Of a DNA stretch of 64,000 nt, positions 18,877 to 28,736 are shown one piece after another. The stretch is from Bacillota bacterium. GTDB taxonomy: Bacteria > Bacillota > Clostridia > Peptostreptococcales > Acidaminobacteraceae. The DNA lies in the NCBI GenBank assembly GCA_033549245.1, contig JAWSUW010000001.1:1755-65754 (forward strand), written 5' to 3'. The translations under genes and the position numbers were made by a program. Each line of letters starts with the position of its first letter. Positions within the stretch are counted from its first letter, which is position 1. The notes beneath the pieces were generated by a model. That model ran no database searches, was not told the origin of the DNA, and saw nothing but the letters and a program-made list of their open reading frames with translations.

Positions 18877-19305
18877 ATGAAAAGAAAAAAAGGTTTTTCA
18901 TTAGTTGAAATCCTGTTATCCATAGCGGTTTTCTCAATTCTCTCTGTGTTTGTGTTGCAAATGTTCTCAACGGCACAAAATCTCAATGTGGCTGCAAGGG
19001 AACTGGATCAGAGCGTTCTTGTGGCGGAATCGATATTTGAAAGGATCCAAGCTGCACAGTCTTTCGAGTCGCTGGGAGGACAAGTGGACGGTTCATTGAT
19101 GAAGCTTCATTATGATGAAGATTGGAAAAATATCACAGTATCCGAAATGACGCCACCATATAAAGTCATCGTCCAAAAACAGGATGTGCAGGCGTTCAAT
19201 CATGTTGTCACGAGTTATCAATTGCAGGTCATTAAAACAGATCCGTCGGATCAAGTTGGGGAGTCGGTGTTATATGAACTTGAAATGGAAATCTATTACA
19301 GGTAA
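18877..19305 (+). CDS. Prepilin-like protein
   Basis: Class III signal KKG|FSLVEI. Confidence 0.85.
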   Translation: MKRKKGFSLVEILLSIAVFSILSVFVLQMFSTAQNLNVAARELDQSVLVAESIFERIQAAQSFESLGGQVDGSLMKLHYDEDWKNITVSEMTPPYKVIVQKQDVQAFNHVVTSYQLQVIKTDPSDQVGESVLYELEMEIYYR

Positions 19306-19885
19306 TAACGGACAAAGAGGCAGCTCGTCGGTTTTGGTCATCATGGTACTTTTGATGTTGATCACTTTTGGTGTGCTTGCCATGATGACTTCATATTCTG
19401 GTCTCAAGATTTCCAGAAAAAACGCCGAATGGACACAGGCTTTTTATAAACTGGAAAGTATGGCTGGAAATCATTTGGCTGAAATTGAAACTCATATAAT
19501 CTATTCGGCCGATTTTGCCGATGAATATATACAGGAGATGAGATATAAAGAACCTTCGCCTCAAGGTTTTGATTACCCTTGGCAAGATGAAGTCTACAAG
19601 AAATGGCTGGTATCTTCTGAAGAGGATGCACTCAAGGACGAAATCAGGCAATGGATATTTGAAAAGACTCTGACGGAATCGCTCGAGCAGATGAATATTG
19701 AATATGAATTGAAAATCGATTCAAAAGGCACTCTAGCATTCATATCGATATCAGATGACAATCGTCATTTCCTGACTCGTCTACAGATTGAGGACAAAGA
19801 AATCGCACTTTTGGAATGGAGAGAAGTTCCCGAAGTGTTTGAGTATGACGAAATATTGGAATTTACAGATCCAGGGGGAAATTAA
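19274..19885 (+). CDS. PilX/GspK-type minor pilin-like protein
   Basis: In-frame ATG at 19274 gives QRG|SSSVLVIMVLL (no Glu5), then a QAFYKLES motif like the PilX N-terminus. The ORF-track start at 19184 is probably too long. Confidence 0.65.
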   Translation: MNLKWKSITGNNGQRGSSSVLVIMVLLMLITFGVLAMMTSYSGLKISRKNAEWTQAFYKLESMAGNHLAEIETHIIYSADFADEYIQEMRYKEPSPQGFDYPWQDEVYKKWLVSSEEDALKDEIRQWIFEKTLTESLEQMNIEYELKIDSKGTLAFISISDDNRHFLTRLQIEDKEIALLEWREVPEVFEYDEILEFTDPGGN

Positions 19886-19887
19886 TC

Positions 19888-20946
19888 ATGTATGACATTG
19901 TGGAATTGCTTAAACAAGCTGTTATAAAAAATGCATCAGACCTGTTCATTACAGTTGGTGTGGCACCAACACTCAAAATACATGGCAATCATGTGGCTTG
20001 TGGAGAAGACAAATTGACACCGATCGACTCGGAGCGACTGGTCAAATCCCTGTTCACAAAAGATGAACATTATGGAGAATTTTTAGCCTATGGTGAGAAG
20101 GATTTCTCATTCTCGCTCAGAGGTGTGGGAAGATTCAGAATCGATGCCTATACTCAAAGGGGTTCCCATGCGGCAGCGATCAGGGTACTCAAATTTGATC
20201 AACTCGATCCGGAAGCGCTTATGATTCCGAGTTCAGTGCTGGATATCAGAAAGAAAACCAAAGGTCTTGTTTTGATTACTGGACCAACCGGCAGTGGAAA
20301 ATCCACGACTCTATCTTGCATCATTGAGTTGATCAACAAAGAGCGTGCTTGTCATATTTTGACACTTGAAGATCCGATAGAATACATCCACAAGCATGAT
20401 AAAAGCATTGTGGATCAGCGTGAAATCGGCATTGACACCAGAAGTTATGCAGATGCACTGAGATCTGCACTCAGGCAGGCTCCTGATGTCATTTTGATCG
20501 GTGAGATGAGAGATTATGAAACCATGGCGATCGTACTTACCGCCGCCGAGACCGGACATCTCGTGTTTTCAACGCTCCATACTATTGGCGCCGCAAAAAC
20601 CATCGACCGTATCATAGATGTATTTCCGCCAAACCAGCAACAACAAGTGCGGGTACAACTTTCAACCGTGCTCCAAGGTGTCGTCTCGCAACAATTGATT
20701 CCATCAGAGAAACTTGGAAGAGTACCAGCATTTGAAATCATGACTATGAACCACGCCATCAGAAATATGGTCAGGGAAGGTAAAGTGCATCAAATCGATT
20801 CGGCGATACATTCCGGTAGATCAGAAGGAATGGTCGGTATGGATTCCAGTCTGGCACGTATGGCAAATGAGGGACTAATCACTATCGAAGAAGCTTTGCT
20901 TCATTGTATAAATCATGATACAATCAAAAGATATCTCAAAGATTAA
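19888..20946 (+). CDS. pilT: Type IV pilus retraction ATPase PilT
   Basis: GPTGSGKS, TLEDPIE, PDVILIGEMRD, His box GHLVFSTLH, AIRNMVRE. Confidence 0.93.
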   Translation: MYDIVELLKQAVIKNASDLFITVGVAPTLKIHGNHVACGEDKLTPIDSERLVKSLFTKDEHYGEFLAYGEKDFSFSLRGVGRFRIDAYTQRGSHAAAIRVLKFDQLDPEALMIPSSVLDIRKKTKGLVLITGPTGSGKSTTLSCIIELINKERACHILTLEDPIEYIHKHDKSIVDQREIGIDTRSYADALRSALRQAPDVILIGEMRDYETMAIVLTAAETGHLVFSTLHTIGAAKTIDRIIDVFPPNQQQQVRVQLSTVLQGVVSQQLIPSEKLGRVPAFEIMTMNHAIRNMVREGKVHQIDSAIHSGRSEGMVGMDSSLARMANEGLITIEEALLHCINHDTIKRYLKD

Positions 20947-20968
20947 TTTATGGAAAGCAGGTGATGAC

Positions 20969-21766
20969 ATGTTGCGAAAAAGTATATTACTATTGATTTT
21001 GGTAAGCATGTTTCTTGTTGGCGATTTCGGATTCTCCGAGGTCAAACCGATAGTAGACGATTCGGAAAAAAATCTTGGAATCGTTCATATAACCTATAAA
21101 AAAGCAGATGCAGCCATCTATAAAGTATTGGTCACAAAAGATGACAAAAAAATTTCATATCCATTCAAAGCGGATGGTGTCACAGAATCATTTCCACTTC
21201 AGCTAGGCAACGGCACATACAAAGTCGGTCTTTTAAAGAATGTGGGCGGCACCAAATATGCATATGTCTCTTCGAAGACAATCGTCCTGGATCTGAAAGA
21301 TCCGAACATCGTTTATTTGAATTCGGTACAAAACGTCAATTGGAACGAAGAGAATGAATCGATTGTATTCGGTAAAGAACTGATCAGACCGACATCTTTC
21401 ATGAGCACGAAAATCAGAACGCTATATGATTATGTGGTGAAAAATGTCTCGTATGATTATGATAAAATACCGACTCTCACTGCAGAGTATGTTCCAGACA
21501 TCGATCAGACTTATGCAGACCTAAAAGGAATCTGTTACGATTACAGTGCGCTTTTTGCCAGTATCAAAAGAAGTCAAGGTGTTCCGACCAAACTTGTCAA
21601 AGGGTATTCCAAATTTGTGGATGGCTATCATGCTTGGAATGAAATCTATGTGGACGGGGATTGGTACATTATCGATTCGACAGTGGACGCCACGTTGACC
21701 GGGGCGAAAATATTCGTGAGAATGTACAAAAGTACAGACGATTATACAAAAGTATATGAGTATTGA
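20969..21766 (+). CDS. Secreted transglutaminase-like cysteine-protease-fold protein
   Basis: Signal-peptide-like MLRKSILLLILVSMF; catalytic triad GICYDY / HAWNE / IIDST. Confidence 0.85.
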   Translation: MLRKSILLLILVSMFLVGDFGFSEVKPIVDDSEKNLGIVHITYKKADAAIYKVLVTKDDKKISYPFKADGVTESFPLQLGNGTYKVGLLKNVGGTKYAYVSSKTIVLDLKDPNIVYLNSVQNVNWNEENESIVFGKELIRPTSFMSTKIRTLYDYVVKNVSYDYDKIPTLTAEYVPDIDQTYADLKGICYDYSALFASIKRSQGVPTKLVKGYSKFVDGYHAWNEIYVDGDWYIIDSTVDATLTGAKIFVRMYKSTDDYTKVYEY

Positions 21767-21783
21767 TGGATAAGGAGTAAGTT

Positions 21784-22329
21784 ATGGTAGTTGTTTTTTT
21801 CGCGGAAGGTTTTGAGGAAGTCGAGGCTCTTGCAACTGTAGATGTGCTGAGACGTGCAAAGATAGAAGTGAAAATGATAGGCATCCATGAAAAACTGGTG
21901 AGAGGTTCCCATGGCATCAGTGTTGAAATGGATGGTGGTTTTGAGGACATTGGGTCAATTGATAATGTCCAGTGTATCGTACTCCCTGGTGGAATACCTG
22001 GAGCCACCAATCTAAAAGCAAGTGCGAAAGTTGGAGAATGGCTTAAAAAAGCAGAGTCAAATGGAAAATATGTGGCTGCGATTTGTGCGGCGCCAATTGT
22101 CATAGGTCATTTTGGAATTATGGAAGGCAAGAAATTTACCTGTTATCCTAGCTTTGAAAAAGAATTGCCAAATCATTTGCATATTCCTGAATCGGTTGTT
22201 ACGGACGGCAAATTGATTACAGCAAAAGGCGTAGGTGTGGCCTTGGATTTCGGACTGGAAATTGTTAAACATCTTAAAGATCCAATCACCAGTGATACAC
22301 TTAGAGCGCAGATGATGATGAGGAATTAA
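21784..22329 (+). CDS. DJ-1/PfpI (YajL-like) glyoxalase/deglycase
   Basis: GFEEVEA, VLPGG, AAICAAP catalytic Cys. Confidence 0.9.
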   Translation: MVVVFFAEGFEEVEALATVDVLRRAKIEVKMIGIHEKLVRGSHGISVEMDGGFEDIGSIDNVQCIVLPGGIPGATNLKASAKVGEWLKKAESNGKYVAAICAAPIVIGHFGIMEGKKFTCYPSFEKELPNHLHIPESVVTDGKLITAKGVGVALDFGLEIVKHLKDPITSDTLRAQMMMRN

Positions 22330-22367
22330 AAAATAAGAGTATGCGTAGGCATGCTCTAATTTTTTTT
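22327..22367. terminator. Bidirectional intrinsic terminator
   Basis: AGAGTATGC / GCATGCTCT stem flanked by A- and T-runs, between convergent genes. Confidence 0.7.
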
Positions 22368-23238
22368 AGTCCAATTTTCTCCAGTATATGCTTTTGGCGC
22401 CTTTGGTAGTTGAGCCTTTCGCAGTGAAATCCTCTTCTTTCGAACCTGTACCGACACTGATGACGAGCACATAATGTTCGTAGAGTCCTCCGAGCGTGTT
22501 GTCAGATGGACTTCTAAGGTCTTCGTAAGTTGCAGCGGCTGTACCAGCTAGTGACTTGATGTATAGTGTTCCGAGCTCCTTCGACCGTTCTTCGCTGGTG
22601 CCAGGTTTAACAATGATTGCCACACCGAGCGTGTCACCCTGAGGAATGATTGTAGCTCTTTCTACATCTATGTTTTTCTTGATTTCGTCCGTCGCAATGC
22701 CAATCATGGTTTCTGTGACCGGATATAATACTTCGGGTGAGTCTTTGTCCGGATCGGTATCCGTACCAAATCCTGCCGGACCACCATCGAGTGAATCCTT
22801 GCCCTCGAGATTGACATCGAGCTCGTCATAAGGTGTTGCAAATCTAAGTATTGCTATTATCAGCAGGATTGATATGATCAAAAATACCAAATGTCTTATT
22901 TTAAATTTGTATTTCTTCTTCTCAGTGTCTTCAGGTAGTATTCCTTCTTCTGAGAGCTTGCGCTCCAGTCTTGTTTTTGTGGCTTCGAATCTGTCGACAA
23001 CACCCGAGACTTCATCGGCATTGATCAGCTCGATGGCTTGATTGCAAATAGTGAGCGCTTCAGTCAAACGGTGTCTTTTTTCAAGGAGTCGGATGGCACT
23101 TTCATAGGTTTTTGAGATTTTAGGTGTATATTTCTCAAAAATTTCAAGGTAAATGCCAAGAGCAATTTCTTCATTGATCATTTCCATTTTTTGAGCTTTT
23201 TGTGTGAGTATATAGAGTTCGTTAGTTTTTTCAGACAT
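22366..23238 (-). CDS. Hypothetical single-pass membrane protein with TPR-like helical N-terminus
   Basis: 290-aa ORF, AGGGGTG RBS, TM segment HLVFLIISILLIIAILRFA. Confidence 0.75.
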   Translation of the reverse strand: MSEKTNELYILTQKAQKMEMINEEIALGIYLEIFEKYTPKISKTYESAIRLLEKRHRLTEALTICNQAIELINADEVSGVVDRFEATKTRLERKLSEEGILPEDTEKKKYKFKIRHLVFLIISILLIIAILRFATPYDELDVNLEGKDSLDGGPAGFGTDTDPDKDSPEVLYPVTETMIGIATDEIKKNIDVERATIIPQGDTLGVAIIVKPGTSEERSKELGTLYIKSLAGTAAATYEDLRSPSDNTLGGLYEHYVLVISVGTGSKEEDFTAKGSTTKGAKSIYWRKLD

Positions 23239-23256
23239 GATTTCACCCCTAATACA

Positions 23257-23284
23257 TTATCGGCAAAAATAGATAAAGTGTTAA
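23257..23284 (-). promoter_or_regulatory. Putative sigma-28 promoter
   Basis: Minus strand TTAA-N16-GCCGATAA: perfect -10 element, one mismatch in -35. Confidence 0.6.
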
Positions 23285-23312
23285 CAATTTATTCAAAACT
23301 TTATGATGATAT

Positions 23313-23377
23313 AAAGTTGACGCTTTTAATCGGATATATTATAATGAATATGATTTCTTAGTAAACAACTAGGGATT
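23313..23377 (+). promoter_or_regulatory. Sigma-A promoter with overlapping putative IscR operators
   Basis: TTGACG(23317)-N17-TATAAT(23340). AAAGTTGACGCTTTTAATCGGATAT and CTTAGT-N5-ACTAGG dyads resemble IscR type-1 boxes. Confidence 0.7.
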
Positions 23378-23393
23378 AAAGGAGTGTATTGAT

Positions 23394-23855
23394 TTGAAAT
23401 TATCAACACGAGGCAGATACGGTTTAAAAGCGATGTTTGATTTGGCGCTTTACTACGGTGAAGGCCCGATATCACTAACGAATATTGCCGAAAGACAGGC
23501 GATATCGGTCAATTATTTGGAACAATTGATTTCACCGCTCAGAAAAGCTGGATTGGTGGAGAGTGTACGCGGAGCTCAAGGTGGTTACATGTTATCGAGA
23601 ACTCCAGGCACCATAACAGTAGGAAGCATTTTGACCACTCTTGAAGGGCCACTTGCTCCGACGGATTGTGTTGTCATAGATGGTGGAGATGACCTTTGCG
23701 ATCACTCTGGATATTGCGTGACCAAAGTCATTTATGAAAAGATTTATGAAAGCATTACCAGTGTAGTCAACTCTATAACTTTACAGCATATGATCGATGA
23801 TTACGAACAAAATCAAGGTCAGACGATTGTGCATACTATTTGTGAATGCAAGTAG
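23394..23855 (+). CDS. iscR: Rrf2 family regulator, IscR type
   Basis: MKLSTRGRYG, SVRGAQGGY, three Cys (C-x9-C-x5-C); upstream of iscS-iscU. Confidence 0.85.
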   Translation: MKLSTRGRYGLKAMFDLALYYGEGPISLTNIAERQAISVNYLEQLISPLRKAGLVESVRGAQGGYMLSRTPGTITVGSILTTLEGPLAPTDCVVIDGGDDLCDHSGYCVTKVIYEKIYESITSVVNSITLQHMIDDYEQNQGQTIVHTICECK

Positions 23856-23875
23856 ATTTCGGGGAGGGTATCACT

Positions 23876-25051
23876 TTGAAAAGAATTTATATGGACTATT
23901 CGGCGACAACACCAGTAAAACAAGAAGTGCTTGATGCAATGCTTCCATATTTCACTGAGCATTTTGGAAATGCATCCAGTATACACGGGTATGGACAAGA
24001 TGCAAAAAGAGCTCTTGAGGCTTCCCGCGCGACAATAGCAGGCACAATTGGAGCACCGGCCGATACGTTTTACTTCACAGGCGGAGGTTCTGAAGCGGAC
24101 AACTGGGCACTAAAAGGCGTCATGAAAGCGAACCTGAGCAAGGGAAACCATCTGATCACATGCAAAATTGAGCATCATGGTATTCTACACACTTGTGAAG
24201 CTCTTGAAAAAGAGGGATTCGAAGTCACTTATCTTGATGTGGATTCAGAAGGTATGGTCAGCTTAGGTGAACTTGAGGCGGCTATCAAACCAAGTACCGT
24301 CATGATATCCATCATGTTTATCAACAATGAGATCGGTACGATGCAACCGATCGCAGAAATTGGAAAAATCGCTCGTAAAAACGGTTTGATATTCCATACG
24401 GATGCGGTTCAGGCACTTGGAAACGTCAAAATCAACGTCGATGAACTCAATGTAGACCTCATGAGTTTTTCGGCTCATAAAATATATGGTCCCAAAGGTA
24501 TTGGCGGACTTTATATCCGTAAAGGCATCAAAATTCAAAATTTGATAGAAGGTGGCGCACAGGAAAGAAAAAGACGAGCAGGCACTGAAAATATACCGGG
24601 TGTGGTCGGGTTTGCAAAAGCTGCGGAAATCGCGCATGCAAATCTTGAAACACATATTGAAACACTGACACGCCTCAGAGATCGACTTGTAAAAGGAATT
24701 CTTGAATCTGTGGATTACTCAAAATACAATGGTCATCCGACACTTAGGCATCCGGGCAACGTCAATGTCTGTTTTGAATTCATAGAAGGTGAAGCGCTTC
24801 TGCTGAGCCTCAATGCAAAAGGAATTGCAGGATCCAGTGGTTCCGCATGTACATCGGGTTCACTCGATCCGTCACATGTACTTATGTCCATAGGACTGCC
24901 TCATGAAATAGCACACGGTTCACTCAGACTTTCACTTGGAGACTTCAATACCGAAGAAGAAGTGGATTATGCTGTGGAATCATTGGTTGAAGTCGTTCAT
25001 AAACTCAGAATGATGTCACCACTTTATGATAAAGTCAAGGGAGGAAAATAA
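23876..25051 (+). CDS. iscS: Cysteine desulfurase
   Basis: YMDYSATT, SAHKIYGPKG, SSGSACTS. TTG start after GGGAGG. Confidence 0.95.
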   Translation: MKRIYMDYSATTPVKQEVLDAMLPYFTEHFGNASSIHGYGQDAKRALEASRATIAGTIGAPADTFYFTGGGSEADNWALKGVMKANLSKGNHLITCKIEHHGILHTCEALEKEGFEVTYLDVDSEGMVSLGELEAAIKPSTVMISIMFINNEIGTMQPIAEIGKIARKNGLIFHTDAVQALGNVKINVDELNVDLMSFSAHKIYGPKGIGGLYIRKGIKIQNLIEGGAQERKRRAGTENIPGVVGFAKAAEIAHANLETHIETLTRLRDRLVKGILESVDYSKYNGHPTLRHPGNVNVCFEFIEGEALLLSLNAKGIAGSSGSACTSGSLDPSHVLMSIGLPHEIAHGSLRLSLGDFNTEEEVDYAVESLVEVVHKLRMMSPLYDKVKGGK

Positions 25052-25054
25052 GAC

Positions 25055-25498
25055 ATGTATACAGATAAGGTAATGGATCATTTCATGAATCCTAGAAATG
25101 TCGGCGAGATCGAAAACGCTGATGGAATAGGTGAAGTCGGCAACATCAAATGTGGCGACATCATGAGAATTTATATAAAAGTCGAGAACAATGTGATTGA
25201 AGATATCAAGTTTAAAACATTCGGTTGTGGTTCTGCAATAGCGGCCTCATCCGTTGCGACAGAGATCATCATGGGTATGACTGTGGAAGACGCGCTCAAA
25301 GTGACCAATAAGCAGGTGATAGATGCACTTGGCGGGTTGCCACCGGTTAAAATCCACTGCTCAGTGCTTGCTGAACAAGCGCTCAAAGCCGCAATTTACG
25401 ACTATGCGACAAAGAACAATTTGGAATTTGAAGGTCTTAAAGGGTATAATCCGGTGGATGATCACGACCATCACGATGTCGTCGATATCGAATTCTAA
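25055..25498 (+). CDS. iscU: Fe-S cluster scaffold IscU/NifU
   Basis: CGD, FGCGSAIA, LPPVKIHC. Confidence 0.95.
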   Translation: MYTDKVMDHFMNPRNVGEIENADGIGEVGNIKCGDIMRIYIKVENNVIEDIKFKTFGCGSAIAASSVATEIIMGMTVEDALKVTNKQVIDALGGLPPVKIHCSVLAEQALKAAIYDYATKNNLEFEGLKGYNPVDDHDHHDVVDIEF

Positions 25499-25557
25499 AA
25501 AAAAGCTGTCAATTGTCAGGTTTTGTGGTAAAATGTTTTAAAGTAAATTTATATTTA

Positions 25558-25790
25558 ACGCAATGATGGAGAGGAGTAGATCACACCTCAGAGAGTACGC
25601 ACCATGCTGAAAGCGTACAAAGTGATTGAAGCAGCTCTTGAGCACCGATTTCGAAATCAGAGTAGAATTCGGCGTTTTGCACACGATAACGTGCCTTAAT
25701 GACCTTCAGAGTGATTGGATGATTCCAATAAGCAGGGTGGTACCGCGATTACGTCGTCCCTGCATTACGCCACTTCTGGAGGTTTTTTTA
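25558..25790 (+). promoter_or_regulatory. T-box riboswitch (Ala) upstream of alaS
   Basis: Stem I with AGTA, AGAGA and GCTGAAA motifs; specifier GCA at 25631-25633; T-box AGCAGGGTGGTACCGCG at 25731-25747 pairing with CGTCCCTGC; T-run 25783-25789. Confidence 0.92.
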
Positions 25791-25818
25791 CGTTAAATGA
25801 ATCGGGGAGGATTAAGTT

Positions 25819-28443
25819 ATGAAAAAAATGGGACTAAATGAAATCAGAAAAGCTTTTTTGGATTTTTATGAGGAAAAAGGACACTACGTGTCAGCCTCCT
25901 ATCCACTAGTACCACTGAATGACAAAAGTTTGCTGCTCGTTAATGCGGGAATGCAACCCCTTAAGAATTATTTCACCGGTATTGAGACACCTCCAAATGT
26001 GCGTATGGCCACTTGTCAAAAGTGTATTCGTACTGGTGACATTGAAAATGTCGGTGTGACCGCAAGACATGCGACTTTTTTTGAAATGCTTGGAAACTTC
26101 TCTTTTGGAGATTATTTTAAAGAAGGCGCAATCAAATTGAGTTGGGAGTTCATCACAGAGGTTCTTGAAATGCCGGTGGACCTTCTTTGGCCATCTGTAT
26201 ATCATGAGGACGATGAAGCGTTTGCAATATGGAGAGATGTTATAGGTGTCCCTGAGGAGAAAATTGTCAGACTCGGCAAAGCGGATAATTTCTGGGAAAT
26301 CGGAACTGGCCCATGTGGTCCTTGTTCAGAGATCTATTTTGATCGCGGTGAAGCATTTGGTTGTGGAGATCCGGACTGCAAACCCGGCTGTGAATGTGAA
26401 CGTTATCTAGAGTTTTGGAACCTCGTTTTCACTCAATTCAATAGAGATGAAAACGGCAACTATACAGATCTTGAAAAGAAAAACATAGACACGGGAATGG
26501 GGCTTGAGCGTATTGCATGTATCATGCAGGATGTGGATTCCATATTCGAAGTGGACACCATCAAACTCATCCGTGACAAAGTCATCGAAATGTCAGGCGT
26601 CACTTATGGTAAAGACCGTAAAACGGATATTTCCGTCAGAATCATCACAGACCATATCAAAGCTGTGACCTTCATGGTTGGCGATGGCATCATGCCAAAC
26701 AACGAAGGAAGAGGATATGTGCTCAGAAGACTTCTCAGAAGAGCTTCAAGACATGCAAAAATGATCGGTATGTCAGGAGCGGTACTCACAATTCTCGTGG
26801 ATACTGTTATAGAGGCTTATGGTGTGAGCTATGAGAATCTGATTGAAAGAAAAGACTACATCAAAAAAATAATAGCAATTGAAGAAGAGCGTTTTCAGTC
26901 CACCATCGATCAAGGACTTACCATCCTCACCGAATACATGGATGAACTTAAAACAACTGGAAAGACTGAACTCAGTGGTGAGAACGCATTCCGTTTATAT
27001 GACACCTATGGATTCCCGCTTGAACTCACCAAAGAGATTTTGGATGAATACGAACTTACTATTGATGAAGAATCCTTTGTGGAGCAAATGACCGCTCAAA
27101 GAGAGCGTGCACGTGCCGCAAGAGGTAGTGGAGACGAACTGGGTTGGGCGAGTGATGCTGTAAGTCAACTGCCTAAGGAGATTCAGTCGAGATTCGATGG
27201 TTACAACAAACTCTCCATGCCGTCCACAGTGACCGCAATAGTCGCTGAAGTCACACTTGAAGAAGCATTTGAGGGAATGGAAGTTTCCTTCATTCTTGAT
27301 GAGACGCCGTTTTATCCTGAAGGTGGCGGACAAGTCGGCGATGTCGGTATCCTCATGACGGACTCGTTCACTGCTGAAGTGATCGAGACTAAAAAAGGTG
27401 TTGGCAACAGAATCGTCCACCATGCCACTGTCACTAAAGGTAAAATCAAAGTAGGAGAAAAAGTTGAAGCTATTGTGGATTTGACCACACGTATGGCTAC
27501 AGCGAGAAATCATTCAGCTACACATTTACTCCACAAAGCACTTAGAGAGCTTCTTGGAACACATGTTGAACAAGCTGGATCGATGGTCAGCCCAGAGAGA
27601 CTCAGATTTGACTTCTCTCATTTTGAACCTATATCCGGTGCAGATATCAAAGCCATTGAAAAAATGGTCAACAAACAAGTATTCAGAGCTTTGAACATAG
27701 CTACTGAGGAAATGGATATCGAATCAGCAAAAAACAAAGGTGCAATGGCTCTTTTCGGTGAGAAATACGGTGATTCGGTACGGGTTGTCACAATGGGCGA
27801 CTACAGCGTTGAACTCTGCGGTGGAACTCACCTTAAAAACACTTCTGAAATCGGCATGTTCAAAATCACTTCAGAAACAGGTGTGGCTGCTGGCGTGAGA
27901 CGAATAGAAGCGACCACGGGAGAAAACGTTTATAATTTGTTAACACAATATGAAGCAAAAATTCAAAGTGTTTCTGATATCCTAAAGACTACTGTACAAG
28001 ATGTGGAAAACAAAGCGGAAAGCGTTTTGTCTGAAATAAAGGGACTCAACCGTGAAAACGAGCAACTTAAAAACAAACTCGCAAAAAGCTCGCTTGCAGA
28101 CATCATAGAGCACGTGACCGTGATCAATGGAATTCACATCGTCACTGCGAAATTCGCTGGAATCGATATGAATACGCTTAGAAATATGGGCGACCAGCTT
28201 AAAAACAAGTGGGATTCCAGCGTGGTGGTACTTGCCAACGATGCTGGTGACAAGGTTGAACTTCTTGCCATGGTATCAGACGCTGCCATCAAAAATGGGG
28301 CACATGCCGGCAATATCATCAGAGAAGTAGCTAAAATCACCGGCGGTGGTGGCGGCGGAAAGCCTAACATGGCTCAAGCCGGTGGCAAGGATGCAGAAAA
28401 AATTGATGAAGCTTTACAAAAAGTTTATGCATTATTGTCCTAA
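25819..28443 (+). CDS. alaS: Alanine--tRNA ligase
   Basis: NAGM, FFEMLGNFS, IDTGMGLER, editing motifs HSATH and CGGTH, C-terminal GGGGG. Confidence 0.98.
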   Translation: MKKMGLNEIRKAFLDFYEEKGHYVSASYPLVPLNDKSLLLVNAGMQPLKNYFTGIETPPNVRMATCQKCIRTGDIENVGVTARHATFFEMLGNFSFGDYFKEGAIKLSWEFITEVLEMPVDLLWPSVYHEDDEAFAIWRDVIGVPEEKIVRLGKADNFWEIGTGPCGPCSEIYFDRGEAFGCGDPDCKPGCECERYLEFWNLVFTQFNRDENGNYTDLEKKNIDTGMGLERIACIMQDVDSIFEVDTIKLIRDKVIEMSGVTYGKDRKTDISVRIITDHIKAVTFMVGDGIMPNNEGRGYVLRRLLRRASRHAKMIGMSGAVLTILVDTVIEAYGVSYENLIERKDYIKKIIAIEEERFQSTIDQGLTILTEYMDELKTTGKTELSGENAFRLYDTYGFPLELTKEILDEYELTIDEESFVEQMTAQRERARAARGSGDELGWASDAVSQLPKEIQSRFDGYNKLSMPSTVTAIVAEVTLEEAFEGMEVSFILDETPFYPEGGGQVGDVGILMTDSFTAEVIETKKGVGNRIVHHATVTKGKIKVGEKVEAIVDLTTRMATARNHSATHLLHKALRELLGTHVEQAGSMVSPERLRFDFSHFEPISGADIKAIEKMVNKQVFRALNIATEEMDIESAKNKGAMALFGEKYGDSVRVVTMGDYSVELCGGTHLKNTSEIGMFKITSETGVAAGVRRIEATTGENVYNLLTQYEAKIQSVSDILKTTVQDVENKAESVLSEIKGLNRENEQLKNKLAKSSLADIIEHVTVINGIHIVTAKFAGIDMNTLRNMGDQLKNKWDSSVVVLANDAGDKVELLAMVSDAAIKNGAHAGNIIREVAKITGGGGGGKPNMAQAGGKDAEKIDEALQKVYALLS

Positions 28444-28481
28444 AAAGGGTATAATGACACCATACAAAGGGGGTTGTTATC

Positions 28482-28736
28482 ATGAATAATACTAGAAAAT
28501 TCAGCGTTGAGGAATTCCTTGAACAAGGCGATCAAAAGGATATTCTGCTATATGTTTACAACGCATTGGAAGAAAAGGGATATAATCCCGTCAACCAACT
28601 CGTAGGATACCTCATTACCGGAGATCCGACCTATATCACAACTTTCAATGACGCTCGTACTATGATCAAAAAAATTGAACGTGATGAAATCCTCGAAGAA
28701 TTGGTGACTCATTATATCGACAGTCATAAAAAATGA
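28482..28736 (+). CDS. ireB: IreB/ReoM family (UPF0297) regulator
   Basis: [26 protein letters not shown]; conserved position after alaS. Confidence 0.92.
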   Translation: MNNTRKFSVEEFLEQGDQKDILLYVYNALEEKGYNPVNQLVGYLITGDPTYITTFNDARTMIKKIERDEILEELVTHYIDSHKK

